From Blastocystis sp. Blastoise (Eukaryota > Protista > Bigyra: Opalinata): a stretch of DNA of 64,000 nucleotides. The translations under genes and the position numbers were made by a program. The stretch lies in contig JBBPEB010000028.1 of the NCBI GenBank assembly GCA_039096225.1, positions 868,001 through 932,000 of the forward strand, given 5' to 3'. This document shows, piece after piece, positions 44,530-63,299 of this stretch (position 1 is its first letter; every line of letters starts with the position of its first letter). The notes beneath the pieces were generated by a model, which ran no database searches, was not told the DNA's origin, and saw only the letters and a program-made list of their open reading frames with translations.

Positions 44530-45177
44530 AATAAATATATAAATAAATATATAAATAAATACATAAATAAATAAATAAATAAAATACAAAAATAAATAAA
44601 TAAATAAAATACAAAAATAAATAAATAAATAATAATAATAATTAATATTTAATATATATATACGAATATTTGTGTATAGGAAGGAGATTGCCCGGGTTCG
44701 TTCAGTAGTCGGTCTTCTTCTTTAGATTGGAGGAATATACATAACAAAGACTATATAATAACATTAACAATAATATATATACATAATACATATATATGCT
44801 CTGCTAGACGAAATTAAAAATATATATTTATATAATAAAGATTATATATATATATTAATCCAATTGTTTATATAATTAGAAGACAAAAAATAATATAAAA
44901 ATATACATAAAGTTCTTTACTCATATTTTCCCGCGGTAAATCACTAACTTTAAATTCTTCAATTTTATTAAAAATAATATAACTATATATATATATATAT
45001 ATATATATAATTATATGAAAATACTCTGAGTCTCCTATAAATAAGAGATGGCCATAAAACATGTAATAAATCATACAACCAACAGCCCATATATCACTAT
45101 ATATATATGCACCTTTATCATCTAATACCTATATATATATAATTAAGATATAAAAATATATTAAGATATATATATAG

Positions 45178-45219
<42 letters not shown>

Positions 45220-45350
45220 CTATATACTTCAGGAGATACATAATTAGCAGTTCCACAAAAAGTATTCGACCTTTGACGAGGCACTTCTTTCCCCGCGGGA
45301 ATATCTGATGTTTCAGAAGACGGTTGATTAAGAGTCATTTTATCAGGACC

Positions 45351-45389
<39 letters not shown>

Positions 45390-46292
45390 CATAAAGAATT
45401 AATATATATATATATTATATATATAACTACCAATATATTTTGCAGTACCAAAATCTGTAAGTTTTACATGTCCTGATTCAGTAAGTAATATATTTTCAGG
45501 TTTTATATCTCTATGAATATAATGTGATGTTAAATGCATATATTCTAAAGCTAGAAGAACCTAGAGAATATATATATAGTTCATATAAATAAAAAAAAAA
45601 ACACTAGTATACATAAATTAATTAATTTTATTAAATAATAACTATAAATAATAAATATAAATAACATATCTAAATATACTTCTGCAATATAAAATCTTAT
45701 AATAGATTCAGGACACCCTCGATCTTTTATTCCTTTTTCTTCATTCTTTTCTACAAAATATCTATATAAAAAGAAAAGTATTTAAGATTTCATAATAGAA
45801 AGAATAGATCACATACTCTACCATTTTAACAAGACTTCCACGACATAGTTCCTCCACAAAATATAAGGATTCTTTATCCTATAAAAATAAATAAATACTT
45901 AAAAATAATGTTTTTGAATAGAAAACGAGACAATTGAAATACAATATATACCTGAAACGTATAGTAGAGTTTAATAATCAAAGGATGTCTCATAACAGCA
46001 AGAGCATTCTTCTCATTCATAACAAATTGTATTTTACCTTCCTAAATAAATACATAAATAAAACATTACTGAAATCTATATTTCAAGAAATGCATACTCT
46101 TGCAATAAATGCCTTTTTCATTGTCTTAATTGCAACATAATTCTCAGTATCACGCTTCTTGGCAAGTATAACGTTTCCATAAGCACCTTCTCCTAACGAA
46201 GGTCCAAGAACAAATTGACCAATATTGTTTTTCTAATAGTAGATTATGCATATATACATATTGATAAATATTAAAAAATAATATACATCCAT
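43586..46292 (-). CDS. PDPK1: 3-phosphoinositide-dependent kinase PDK1 (kinase plus C-terminal PH domain)
   Basis: [78 protein letters not shown]. Confidence 0.92.
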
Positions 46293-46688
46293 TCTACTCT
46301 ACAATCTACGGATGAAAAAGGACAATATCAAACTGTGTTTTGATAACTTTTTAATACAATTCTTTATAAAAAATATTTTGTTAAAAGAGTATGTTTCTCT
46401 TACTTTTTTGAAAATTCCCATGATTACTTATTAATCTCTTCCTTGAATTGACTTTGATATCATCTACTCTGTATTTCATACATTTTAAATGAAAAAAACA
46501 ATTTTTCTCTGAATATTTAGTTCATAATCTTGATTAATCATATAATTAAAATTAAAGACGTCTGAAAATGATGGTCCAATTTTATTATGCGAAACGAAAA
46601 AATAAGCTCGATTTTACTATTTTTACTATTTAATTTTTATACTACTTAAGAGTGGATTTATTTGATTTCTTCTTCATGAATATATAAG

Positions 46689-48035
46689 ATGAGTGAGGGT
46701 AGTGAAAATGCATTTCTATTTTATGACAACGATAGTGTAGATTCTTATCATGCTGCATTTTGTAATCATTATTTAGGATGCTGAAGTGATAGAAGAAGGA
46801 CAACAGCCTAGTGAAGATTTGTAAGATATCTTTCTTATCGTTTTATTAATTATCTATAGATTAGATATTCATTTTCCATTTCTTGACGGGGATCCAGAGC
46901 TTTCAGAGCCTTCTATACATAAAGAGAAAGAACCCTGTTTATTCTCACAGACATCAAACATCCTTGTATGTTTATATATTATAATTATTGCATATTTTTT
47001 ATAGATGAGAATAGATATGTACAAAACTTTACTTGAGAATATTAAAAATAAGCAATATAATAATAATGAAAATTTATATATCCCAAATTCATTTGTTTAT
47101 AAGAATATTCCTTCAGAAACACCAGATCCAAATCATATTAATGACGATTTTGCGGAATATGTATATATATGTTAATTTGTTTTTTTGATTTATTAATTTA
47201 TAATTAATTTTTTTATATGATTTATATATATGTTAATTTATATATTAATTCATTTATATATTAATTCATTTATATATTAATTTATACATTTTTTTGATTA
47301 AGAAAATATAAAAGTTCATTATAGTATAATATATATATAGTACATTTCAAAATGTATAATATATACGTTGTTACAATCGGGGATACGTATAATAGATGAA
47401 GAAACATTTAATTATTTAAAAGTATTATATAAACAATATATATATAAACAAGGAGAAAGAATTGCAACATATAAAAATTTCTCATTTTCTTCTTCTTCTT
47501 CTTCTACTACTAAATACTCTTCTTCTGCGTCTACTGATTCTTCTCGAACTAATTCATGTTTTCGAGATATAAATATATACTCAAAAGATAATACTGAAGA
47601 TGGTTCTATCGTATATATTATTATTCATATACTTTTTTTAATGAATCAATTTCAGTTTGTTTTTCTATTAATTCATGAATATATTTAGTTATTTTTATTA
47701 TATACGTTTTTATTCATTATTCTCTGATATATAAATGTATATATAATAGAATATAATAATAATAATAATAATGATAATTATATATATATAGACAAATGAT
47801 AGTATGTTGATATCAACGTTATTAGCTCAAACGGGGTCAACTCCTTATCGATTATTAGCCTATCTTTCTAGAGCATATAAATATTGTTATCAACTGAAAG
47901 AAGTAGAAATTGAATTATTATCAGTATATTCAAATTATATTCATTCTAATTCATTAAGTAATACTAATGAAGGTACTGTATCTAATGTACCTACTACACT
48001 AGCTACTATTGATGATACTACTACTAGTAATAAAG

Positions 48036-48073
<38 letters not shown>

Positions 48074-48125
48074 GATAATAATAAAGATAATAATAAAGAT
48101 AATAATAAAGATAATAATATCTCAG

Positions 48126-48158
<33 letters not shown>

Positions 48159-48709
48159 TTGATATGTTGACATCAAAAGATTCTTCTTCTTCTTCTTCTG
48201 CTTTATCATTAACATCTTCATATACATATATACCTATTGATTTTAATGATATATATTCAAAAGGAGGATTTAAGAACTATTCAGAATTATTAATAGGGGG
48301 AGGAATTGGAGTATATATATATATATATCATAATATTATTATTCCTTATTATATATATATATATCATAATATTATTATTCCTTATTATATATATATATAG
48401 AATGATATTACAATGCTTCCTGTTACAGAAATAAATGATGATATAAAATCAATACAAGAATCAATAGATTCTAATCCTTCATATAAATCGGATGCTAGTT
48501 ATTATTTAGATAGACCCAATATAAAGAAGATTCTAGATACTTATATATCTACTATTTATCCATCAATGATTAGCATACCTCAAATAGATAAAAAAGATAG
48601 TATTAAATTAAGAACAAAAAGAAAAGTTACTTTAAATATTAATGAAAAAATATCTGCTTCAGATTTATTAATACCAACACTTAAAACGAAAAGAACTAAA
48701 TTAACATAA
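46689..48709 (+). CDS. Hypothetical protein, possibly with an Spt7/TAF8-type histone fold
   Basis: In-frame spliced model; TLLQSGI.IIDEETFNYL..LYKQYI.KQG weakly resembles bromodomain-associated histone folds. Confidence 0.5.
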
Positions 48710-49485
48710 TTATTATTCTTTTTTTTTTTTGGTTTTTAAGATTCTTTCAATATCTATATTCGTTTATAATGAATTAATATTTTTTTTATCTTTTCTAATT
48801 CTAAATTGTTTTTCTCTTTTTTCAATTCATTTTTTTTCATAGTTTCTAATGTATCCTCTATTTTTGAAGTTTTTATTTTCTTTTTATTTTCTTTGTTATT
48901 CTTTTTTCTTGTTTTTTCATCAAATTATTATTATTTTTTTTGCTTTTCTTTTTTTCCTATTTCTTTCATTTTATATATATCTTATTGCTATATACTTTCG
49001 GTCTCAACTTGCTTTTTTTATTTTCTATATTAATAGTTGCATTATTTTAAAGTTATCTTTTTTTTTAAATAGTTTTCAAAAATTTATTTTCTTTCAAAAT
49101 TATCTTAAAGAATACATTTTTTCATTATTTATAGATTTATATATATATAAATTATTTTAATGACTCTTTTGAAATAAAATTATAATTAAAAAAATAAATA
49201 TTTTATTCTTTTTGATTCTATACATGAATTATATATATTATTAACACATTCAAAAATTATAATTTAATAAAAGCATACATTATGTTTTAAAGAATATCTA
49301 TTATGTAAGAGAAATATCTATTGAAAAATATTATAATATGATAGTATAGTGAATAAGTAATAATTAGTTCTAGAAGAATGAAATATACAACAAAAAACAC
49401 AATAATTAGACTATTACCAATTCATAAAGAACACAATGTTTTATACAAAGAAACAAAATATAGAAAAACAACATACTAAGAATTC

Positions 49486-53001
<3,516 letters not shown>

Positions 53002-53182
53002 TGCGTAAAGTTTTTATTAATAAAAATAATAATTTAAAAAAAAAACCTGGAAATAGTATTGAGAATGATTCAGAATTTGAATTAATACATGGGAATTCTC
53101 GTTATTTAAGTTCACGAAAAAGGTGCCAAAAATATTTTTTATATACATTTTCATTTGTATTGATTTATTGTGATATAGAAGC

Positions 53183-54227
53183 ATGACTACTGCACAAAGA
53201 GCTACATGGGTTCCTTCCGTAGGTATTTCAAATACTAATGGTGAAGTATTGAGTAGTGGATATTTTATTGGAGGTTCTCATAACTATCAAACCTCTTTTA
53301 GAGATATGCCAGCACATTTGAAAATGAAATATAGGTATTTTTTAAAAATTTAGATTAATTATTTATCATATAATATTATAATTTATCAAATATAGACATA
53401 TAGTTGCTAAGCCTGCCGTTCCTGAGTCTATACCCCAAAAAACAGAAGAAAAAAGTAATGAAATTGTTTATTTCTTTTTTTCTTTGTTATTTAATATTAT
53501 TTTCAAATTAATTATTTGTTGTATAGAAACTATTGATGAACTAAATAAGGATATCAAAGAACAAGATGATAAAATTGTCGTGATTCCTTCAACAAAATCT
53601 AAATCAGAAGAACCAGAAACAAAGAAAGATGATAATTTTTCAGAATTCGATGATTCTGATGAAGATAGTGAGAAAGCATATCATTCTGATTCGTAAGTTA
53701 GTGTTATAATTATATATATATATATATTTATATATACTTTTTAAAATTTGTGTTTATAATTTTATGTTTAAAATGATATATATATAGAGATGATGATTCT
53801 GAAGATGAGGCAACATTATTACGTGCTGAACTTGAAAAAGTGAAAAAAGAAAAAGAACTCGAAAAGAAAAAAGAGGAAGAAGAAAAATTAAAGATGAAAG
53901 AAGCTCAAGAAAAAGAAAAGATATTACGTAAAAATGCTCTTATGTTTCAAGACGAACAAACTCCTATTAAGAGAAAGTATATATATATATATAATTATAT
54001 AAGAAATATTATTTTTTATTATTATTATTTATTATTATTATTTTTTATGATTGTTTTTTGATTTCAAGAAAGATAATAATAATAATATATAACTATATAA
54101 CTATAGATGGAATGATGATGTTCCCTTTCGTAATCAGGGTAAAGAAATAAAGCATAAAAAGCGATTTATTAATGATACAATTCGAAATGATTTCCATCTT
54201 GCTTTTATGAAGAGATATATTCATTAA
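53183..54227 (+). CDS. CWC15: Spliceosome NTC-associated protein CWC15
   Basis: MTTAQRATW, RDMPAHLKMKYR, LRAELEKVKKE, KRKWNDDVPFRNQ, FINDTIRNDFH.AFMKRYI. Confidence 0.95.
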
Positions 54228-54837
54228 ATATATTATTCTATATATACTCTTTATATTAATATTAAAAATATATATTAAATATTATATAATTCTTATTTCA
54301 CTTTATATATATATTCTTCATTTCCTTTATTTGTGTTCTTGTAAGTATTTATTCAAGTGTTTTTTTTTTGAAGCTAAATAATCTAGTGAATATTACGATC
54401 TATTTTTCATGTTTTTATGAATTAACTACTATGATTTGAATATATATATTTATATGTATTATAAAAACAATATCTCTTTAGTATATCTGTATAGAACCAA
54501 TTATATATAAAGAATTATTTTTTAATTATTTAAAAATCACTATACATATACTCGTTAGAATTATACAAATGATGCCATATATATCAAAATATATACTATT
54601 CTCAATGAGATATATAAAAAATATTTATATTACATACAATATAATAAATATTTAAAAAAAATAATTTAATTAATCTAAACATGTATAAAACGGAACATTC
54701 ATATATATTGAATGGACAAACAAATATATAAAAACAAAACAAGAATACAAGTATATAGACAAATAAAATAAGAAAATAATTCTATATAAAAATAAATAAT
54801 AAAAAAATTAGACAAAAAAAAATAAATAATTTTTATA

Positions 54838-55738
54838 TTATTCCTTTTTCTCTTTATTTGAAGTTGTATCAGAATTATTATTATTATTATTATTATTATT
54901 AGTAGTAGTAGTAGTTTGAGCTTTAGAAGGAGTAGCATTAGGATCTCGTATATATCCATATTCATCTAATTCCTTTAATAAGACTTCATTGGCTCTATAT
55001 ATTTTAGATTGAAGATAAAATGAACCTCCATCCTTAGGGTCATTCGATGCAAACATCTTCTCATATACCTATATATATATATATATATAGATTATAGAAT
55101 AAGCTGAAAATAATAATTATTTAATCTATATTTTAAATAATAAAAAATGTATATATTTAATATATATATTCTAAATAATAAAAAAATAATAATTATTTGA
55201 TTAATATTCTTAAAAATAACGAATAAAACAACATTAATAAATATATAAAAATATACTTGTGCTAATTTATCTCTAGTACATTCTTCTCGTTTTAAATTAA
55301 CGATTTGTAAAGCTTCAGGAATAGGTACAGTGTTTTTGAGACTCATAGAGGGACTAGGAGCATCAACAGCATCTTCACCCTTAGCTATTTATAAAATTAT
55401 TATTATAAAATGATAATTTATACAAAAAAAAATTATTATTATATATAATTATCATCTTATATATAAATAAAAAGATTTTATATACCTGCTTGTTGTTGAA
55501 AAGCAGAAACAAAGGCACGGACAGTTGCAGAAAAAGTAGATCCAAATAATTGCATTGCAAGTCTTAGTATTCTACCCATAAAAAAACGTTTCTGAACAAG
55601 CATTTGGTTGTTTGATTGACTTACACGCGATAGTGAAGATTGCTGAGATGCTCTTAAAGCAGTGTAAAAGCATCTTGAATAAACTGGTTTGGTTTGAATA
55701 GCTATTCTTGATACACTTCTAATAATAGGAACAAACAT
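54838..55738 (-). CDS. PAM16: Mitochondrial import motor subunit Pam16/Tim16
   Basis: VRAFVSAFQQ, EALQIVNL, YEKMFASNDPKDGGSFYLQSKIYRANE. Confidence 0.92.
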
Positions 55739-56484
55739 GATATGAAAACCCTTAGTGAATAGAAACAAAAGACAAGAATTATTTTCCTTTAATTCTTTTC
55801 TAATTTTATTCCCAATGGAAATATTCAAAATTAACTATTGAGTGAAATAATATTTCTGGGAATATCTAAGGAGTTGAATAAGTAGTTTAATAATGATTTT
55901 GGTGTTATTAATTAATTTGAATTGACTGTGAATAAGATAATTAGGGCTCTATAAATATAAAAATAATATAATATAATGGAAAAAAAACAAAATATTATTT
56001 GTTTTTTATTTCAAAGTGTTTTTTTGCCAATTATTATGAGCTCAATATGATGATAACACTATAAAATAATATATAAGTATGCGAATAAATGGTTTTAATA
56101 GGTACATATTGCAATTTTCGTATTTTTTCTATAATATCGTTTCTTTCATGATAAGAATATTGAATATATCTATTTATTGATATTATACATCTTAACTCAT
56201 TTAAATGATCATAATATAGAATAAAAATCATCAAAATAATTAATTTATGACAAAAAAATCGTGTTTAAAAATGCAAATTCATTTCAATTAAATAATCCTA
56301 TGTTCTATATATCATTTCTAAATGGTTTCTTTAAAATAATGAATATAACTCCTTCATCTTGTTGTTATTTGATATAGATATGGGATTTGAAAAAATCACT
56401 ATTCTAAAACTCGTTTCCCAAGGAAATTTAAACAATCTTTTCATTTTGTTTATTTTTTATTATTGTTGACTCACTATTTGATAA

Positions 56485-57251
56485 ATGAAGGCTAGAAAAG
56501 TTGCTGAAGCTGAGGAGAACCTTGAAAAGGCTGAGAAAGCTATGAAAACAAGTTTCTTTAAACGAAAGCCAGATAATCATACTGCTGCCTTAGCTTATTA
56601 CGATGCTGGTCAGTGTTATTATGTTGCAGAAGATCTTGATAATGCGATTGCTTGTTATGAGAAGAGTGCTGAGCTTGATGAAGAACTTGATCTTCCTTTA
56701 ACATCTGCTCAAAAACTAGAAAAATGCGCATTATTAACAATTCAAAAACGTGAAAAAGGTTGTGAATCTGTTGCTGCTGATTATTATTCGCGTGCTTCTT
56801 ATACGTATTTAATGGGATCCGAATTAAGTCATGCTGCTGAGTGTCTTACTAAAGCTGCTAAGTATATATATATCTATTTTTTAAATTTTTATTTATGTGT
56901 ATATTGTTTTGTGTATATTAATATCTTTTTTTTCTTTTAATATTATTGTTTATATATATATATATATAGAAGTGTAGAAAAAGTATCTCCTGAAGGATCT
57001 CTTCATTATTGGATTAAAGCTTGTAATCTCATGGTTGTATATATATATATATATATATATCTAGTATATTATTATGATTATAATAGATATTATATATATA
57101 TATAGAATTATGATCATGATGATTTTGCTGCAGACACATTTAAAAATACACTTAATAATCTCATTAAAATAGGAAGGTATATATGCTATATTTTTTTATT
57201 TAATATTTTTAAAAATTTTTTTTAATGTTATATTTAATGTTTTATTTAATG

Positions 57252-57289
<38 letters not shown>

Positions 57290-57394
57290 TTCGAAGTGCT
57301 ATTTGTTTCCTTCAAAGAATGGTCACTCTTTTCAGAAAAATACAACAAGACCATAATGTGTATAAATATTATATATATATTTATATATATCTAT

Positions 57395-57430
<36 letters not shown>

Positions 57431-57519
57431 AGTTATAAGTGTTATTTGTCTATTGTAGTATTAGCTCTTGGATGTGGTGATGTTGCTCTTGCTAAAGAAC
57501 AATTTAATATTCATTTACA

Positions 57520-57569
<50 letters not shown>

Positions 57570-57624
57570 TTATATATATAGAGATGCTGGTTATCTTCGA
57601 TCTGAAGAAATTGCCCCTGCTGAA

Positions 57625-57679
<55 letters not shown>

Positions 57680-57868
57680 GGATATTATTCATGTATACGA
57701 AGAATTCGATGAAGATGGTCTTCAAGCACTTCAAGAAACACAAAAATTTAATTATGTTGAACAACAAGTGAATCGTGTAGCTAAGATGATTCGTATTGGT
57801 CAGATGGTACCCATATATAGAAAAGAAGCCGATATACTTATTCAAGAAGCTAAAGGAGAAGATGTTCA

Positions 57869-57913
<45 letters not shown>

Positions 57914-57963
57914 GAATTGATAGTGATGAAGGATTATTAGAAAAACCCCAACAAGCTATGCAA

Positions 57964-58038
<75 letters not shown>

Positions 58039-58283
58039 TGCCTAAGCCAAAGCCTGTTACTCCTGTTTCTGCTAAAGTTACTCCTGTTACTATTCCTGCT
58101 CCTACTCCTGAAAAACCAAAAGAAGAAGTGTCTAAACCTGTTGAGAAGCCTATTCCCGTAGAAGAACCTGCTGTTGTTCCTAAAGTCGAAGAAATTTCTA
58201 CTGTTCCTGAAATAGCAGAAGAATTTGATTTAGAAAAATTAGGTGATGAAGAAAAGAAAGAAGAAAAGAAAGAAGAAAAGAAA

Positions 58284-58324
<41 letters not shown>

Positions 58325-58416
58325 ATTATATATATATAATGTTATTTCATTATAGCAAGATATTATGGCTGATTATTTGAATCAAATTGAACAAAATGTA
58401 TATATATATATATATG

Positions 58417-58447
<31 letters not shown>

Positions 58448-58499
58448 CATATTATGCTTAAATATTTCTATATAGGCTGATGAATTTGATTTATGTTAA
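56485..58499 (+). CDS. NAPG: Gamma-soluble NSF attachment protein
   Basis: [20 protein letters not shown]; TPR-like helices; acidic C-terminus ending DLC. Confidence 0.82.
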
Positions 58500-58799
58500 A
58501 TATTTCATTTTATATATTTTTATGTATTTATTTGTATTTTAATAAACTAATATCTTTTCATTTATGCAGTTTTATTTGTTTTGTTTGAAATACTTGGAAA
58601 ATCATTAATTACTTTTTGTTATAATATAGCATTATAACTATATAACATCTAAAATAACACATGATATAAAAAAATTATATATTTTTATTTATATATACAT
58701 AAAATTAATCTCATATATATATTATATATAATTGAATCACAATTATATATTATTATTTAAATATAAAACAAAACAATAACAAATATAAAATAAAAACTT

Positions 58800-60485
58800 T
58801 TATGTACTTTTGTTGTTAAAATAATCTGCTAAATAGTTCAATGGTTCGAATTTAGGATTCCATTCTTCATCGTCATCAATGAAGTAATCATTAATATCTA
58901 TAGGAGTATTTTTAGATGTATTTTGATTAGTATAATGAATACTCTTATTTATATTATTATCATTCATAATAATCTTTTCTTTATTATCCTTTTCAATAAT
59001 TTTTTCTTTATTTTCATTTTTACCCTCAATACAAGTATTAGCATCATGTTTCTTTTGATCTGTTTCATCTATTCTCCTAATATAATCCTGAAAATATACT
59101 CTTTCAGCTTCTAATTTACTTGGTTTTAACATTTGTTTTTGACTCAAAAGACGTTCAAGTCTTTGTATATATGGAGATACACTAGATGAAAGACAAATAT
59201 TTTTTTTATTATTTATATTATTATTTTTATTATCATATGTATATTTTGATATAGTATTTATAGTAGGACGAGGACCTAAACCTTGTTTCTGAATACCATT
59301 CTTCATAAATATATTAATTTTCATAAAATCAGGATGTGAAGATTTGTGACTTTCTTTTAATAGATTATTTTTATTATTAGAATTGATAGAATTCTTATTT
59401 ATAGTAGCATTTCTAGGATCTATTTTTGTTTGTTTTATAGATATTTCCGTTAGAACATCTTTAGAAGAAGAAGATGAAGATGAAGATGATGGAATTAATG
59501 TAGTATTCCTATCCTTTTCATTTATATTATTATTATTTATATGAAGACTTGAACCATTATGATTAACAATAGTATCCTTATATATAGATTCTTTTTCATC
59601 TATTGAAGATTTCTCAATAGGTATATCTATAGTATTATTCTTCTTTATATTTGACTGTATAGCTGTTTTAACTATTTGTGAATTATTTTTATTCTTATTT
59701 TCTAATGAATTAATACTATCATTATTATTTATATTATTATTATTATTTAATGTTATAGTTTGAGGTTCATGATTTTTTTCTTCTTCATTTATTGGCTGTG
59801 CAATTATAGATAATTTAGATTGTTCTTCATTGTCAATATGCTTCAAATGAATATCATTTATATCATTTATAATTTCTGTATTACTTAATGAATTATTATC
59901 TTTCATTAGATTATCTTTCATCATATTATCTTTCATCACATTATCTTTCATCATATTATCTTTCATTATATTATCTTTCATTAGATTATCTTTGTTTGTA
60001 TTATCTTTGTTTGTATTATCTTTCCTTGACAATTTAATTTTGTCTGACACATAAAAGGCATTATTAGGTTGTGATTCTGTTTCAACAATTCGTTCTGTTT
60101 GATTATCAAAATTTATTTGAGAATTATCACATGAGAAAGATTGAATATCTAACATATTAATATTATCTTTAATATCACATTTCTTATTAATTTCATATTT
60201 ATTATGATTTTCATTAGAAATAGTCCAAGAAGGTAATTTATCATACAATTTATTATTCCAAGTCAACTGTTTATAGTAAGAATTCGATTTCTTTGAAGAG
60301 TTTCTTGATGTAGAATTATTATTATGTTTAGAATAATTAATGTGATTATATGGTGAGAAAGAACACTTAGGAAAATGTCTAGAGAGAGGAGAGTGAAATA
60401 GTGAATGAATAGGATAATGTAATTTTGTTAAAAATAACATTTGTTGAGGATTTGCATAGATAAAAGAACCTTCTTTATAATTAGG

Positions 60486-60518
<33 letters not shown>

Positions 60519-61235
60519 TGACATTTTTAAAAACTTATAATAATTATATATAATAAAATAAAAAAACATATAATTATAATTGTATTTAAAAATATATATT
60601 TTTAATATTAAATATAATAATAATATAATTTTAATAAATAAAAAATAAATACAATCAAATAAATAATAAATAAATATGAAAAATACTTTTTTACGTTTTA
60701 GTGCTTTACAAATCAAAATAGTAGTATACTCAGTAAAACCTGATTCTCGAGCTTCATCAAATATATATAAAAAAGAATCAGCCAACTTATCTAATGTATT
60801 TTCAATGACTTCAGGATTATCAGAATCTTCAGAACATAAAAGGGCAAAATCAAGTTCTTCTAATAATTCAAATTGAACAATTCTCTTTAAAATATCAATA
60901 GAACTGATGTCTCTAGCATTCCATGTCTCTTTATCACTAATTATAAATATATCATGAGGTTCTCCAGGATAATCAACACCATATGTATATAATTCATCAG
61001 TAGGTTGTAATGTAATTAACGTAGGAGTATTTGCAACATAAACCCATCTAAATCTTGCAGTTAAAGAAGCTAATTAAAAATAAAAATGGCCAAAAATGAA
61101 GAGTTAAATACAGAAATATCTTGCTTTTTGTTCGTCAAATACTGGACTAGGGTCATTTTCAAGAAAATATTCATAATATTGATGACAATTAAGATCAACC
61201 ATACTATCATAATCTAATTTCTCCTGCTCAGACAT
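58800..61235 (-). CDS. Hypothetical protein: globular N-terminal region (weakly PWI-like) plus long N-rich low-complexity region
   Basis: 3 exons in frame; last exon contains the 546-aa ORF; KDNxM/KDNTN pentapeptide repeat at about 59897-60021. Confidence 0.65.
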
Positions 61236-61486
61236 CACTATTATATTGATATTAAAAAATAAATTAATAATTAACAATAATAATGCTTAAAATGAAGAAA
61301 AGAGAGACTCAAAAAAAAAGAAATGATTTTTTTAAATGAGAATTTTTTGAGTGAATGAATTTTATTTCTGTTTTTTGTGATTTTTATTCACTTTTGACTT
61401 TATATATTCTTTATCTTCTGTCAATTTGTATTTTATTTGCTACAATTTGGTTTCTATTTACGTATTTAGAAACGATATCGATAAGA

Positions 61487-61840
61487 ATGACTCCTATGTT
61501 TGTTGAATGTTGTATAGATCGAGTTGCTTCAGGTCTTGAAGCTCAGAAAGGTGGTGCTCAACGTGTTGAATTATGTGACAATTTGATTGATGGAGGTACC
61601 ACACCAAGCTATGGCATGATCAAGAATATGGTAAAAGCTTTATCTATTCCTGTTAATGTGATCATTCGTCCAAGAGGTGGTGACTTTCTATTTAATGAAG
61701 ATGAAATGCAAGTTATGATATCTGATATTGAAATTTGCAAAGAATTAGGCGTCGATGGTGTTGTTATTGGATGTTTAACAAAATATGGCACAGTTGATAA
61801 AGATCAAACTAAACGTTTAATTGAAGTTGCTAGACCCATG

Positions 61841-61879
<39 letters not shown>

Positions 61880-62013
61880 GTATTTATTTATTTTATTTTA
61901 TATATGTATTTATTTATTGTTTATATATATATATATATAGTGTTACTTTTCATAGAGCTATTGATATGACTGTTGATATTTATCAAGCTTTAGAAGTATA
62001 TATACATAATATG

Positions 62014-62058
<45 letters not shown>

Positions 62059-62746
62059 ATTGTATTGAACTTGGAATTGATCGTATTCTAACTTCTGGTG
62101 GGGTATATATATAAATTTTAATAAATTATATAATATTAATTTATATATATATATATATATATATATTTAAATGAATAAATAATATAATATAGTAATAAAT
62201 ATATTATATGAATAGTGTAATGATGTATATACTGGTCGTGATACTTTACGTAAAATGGTAGAACAAGCTGGAGATCGCATCGTTATCATGGGTGGAGGTG
62301 GCGTCACAGAAAAAAATGTGAAGGAAATCGTAGAATATTCTGGAATACATGAAGTCCATGGAACAGGTATTTATATATATGATTTTTCTTCTTATGATAA
62401 TATATTTGTTATATTATTATATTATTTTTTTTTCTATAGCAAGAGACTATATAAATAGTGGTATGATTTATAGAAAACAAGGTGTTTTTATGGGAGGTGA
62501 AAAGGTATAATATTATTCATTTATATATAATATTTTGGTTTGAATGAAATATATTAATCTTAATATACATTTTTATTGACTTTTTTTTTGTTTTTATTTC
62601 AATACATAAAAATAAATTTCTACTCGCTATTTTTATTTCTATTAATATATATTTATATATAGAAGAATACTCAAGAATTAGAATTCCAATGGAAACAAAC
62701 CTCTAGTAAAATAGTACATGAAATTGTACATAATGCTTCTATGTAA
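61487..62746 (+). CDS. CUTC: Copper homeostasis protein CutC
   Basis: VECCID, GGAQRVELC, GGTTPSYG, IRPRGGDF, VTFHRAID, RILTSGG, MGGGGV, EVHG. Confidence 0.96.
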
Positions 62747-63269
62747 ATAGAATTTAAAAATTTTATTTTGAATAAAATCTATACTCCAAGTATTTTGCTT
62801 TTTAAATTTAAAAAATTTCTTTTAGTAAATAATCAAAAGAGTGTATTATGATAGATATATTACAAATAACATAAAATAGTTTAATACTATCTCATATACA
62901 TTTTTGGTTTGCTTATACAAAGATCTCTATTGCATATATGTATTTTAAAGTATCTCATACATGTGTGATTTAGAATTTAAAAAAATATTAAAAAATATAT
63001 ATATAGAAATTTTAGTTTTCAAATTAAAGAAAAAATTACTTTGTATATCTAACATATATCTAATAGTAATAATGTACACCAATGCATTTTTTATTTTCCA
63101 TTTAAAAAAATTTCTATTGGGTAACATTATCAGCGATTTCCATGAATAAAAATGGTGTTCTTTGCCTCGTTTTGCTTTTTAAATGTAAGTTTTTTCAGAA
63201 CAGTAAACAAGGAAAAAAGATACCCTCCACGGAATAAACTACAAAAAGAATAAAAAATATTCGAAGAAT

Positions 63270-63299
63270 AGTGGGAAAATGTGGCCACATTTTCCCACT
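63270..63299. repeat. Perfect 30-bp palindrome AGTGGGAAAATGTGGCCACATTTTCCCACT
   Basis: Equals its own reverse complement. Confidence 0.95.

Noticed and set aside
61055-61119. Possible U12-like AT-AG intron (ATATTTCT...TTCTTTAAC.TGCAAG)
   Set aside because: A nested canonical GT-AG intron also keeps the frame; undecidable from sequence
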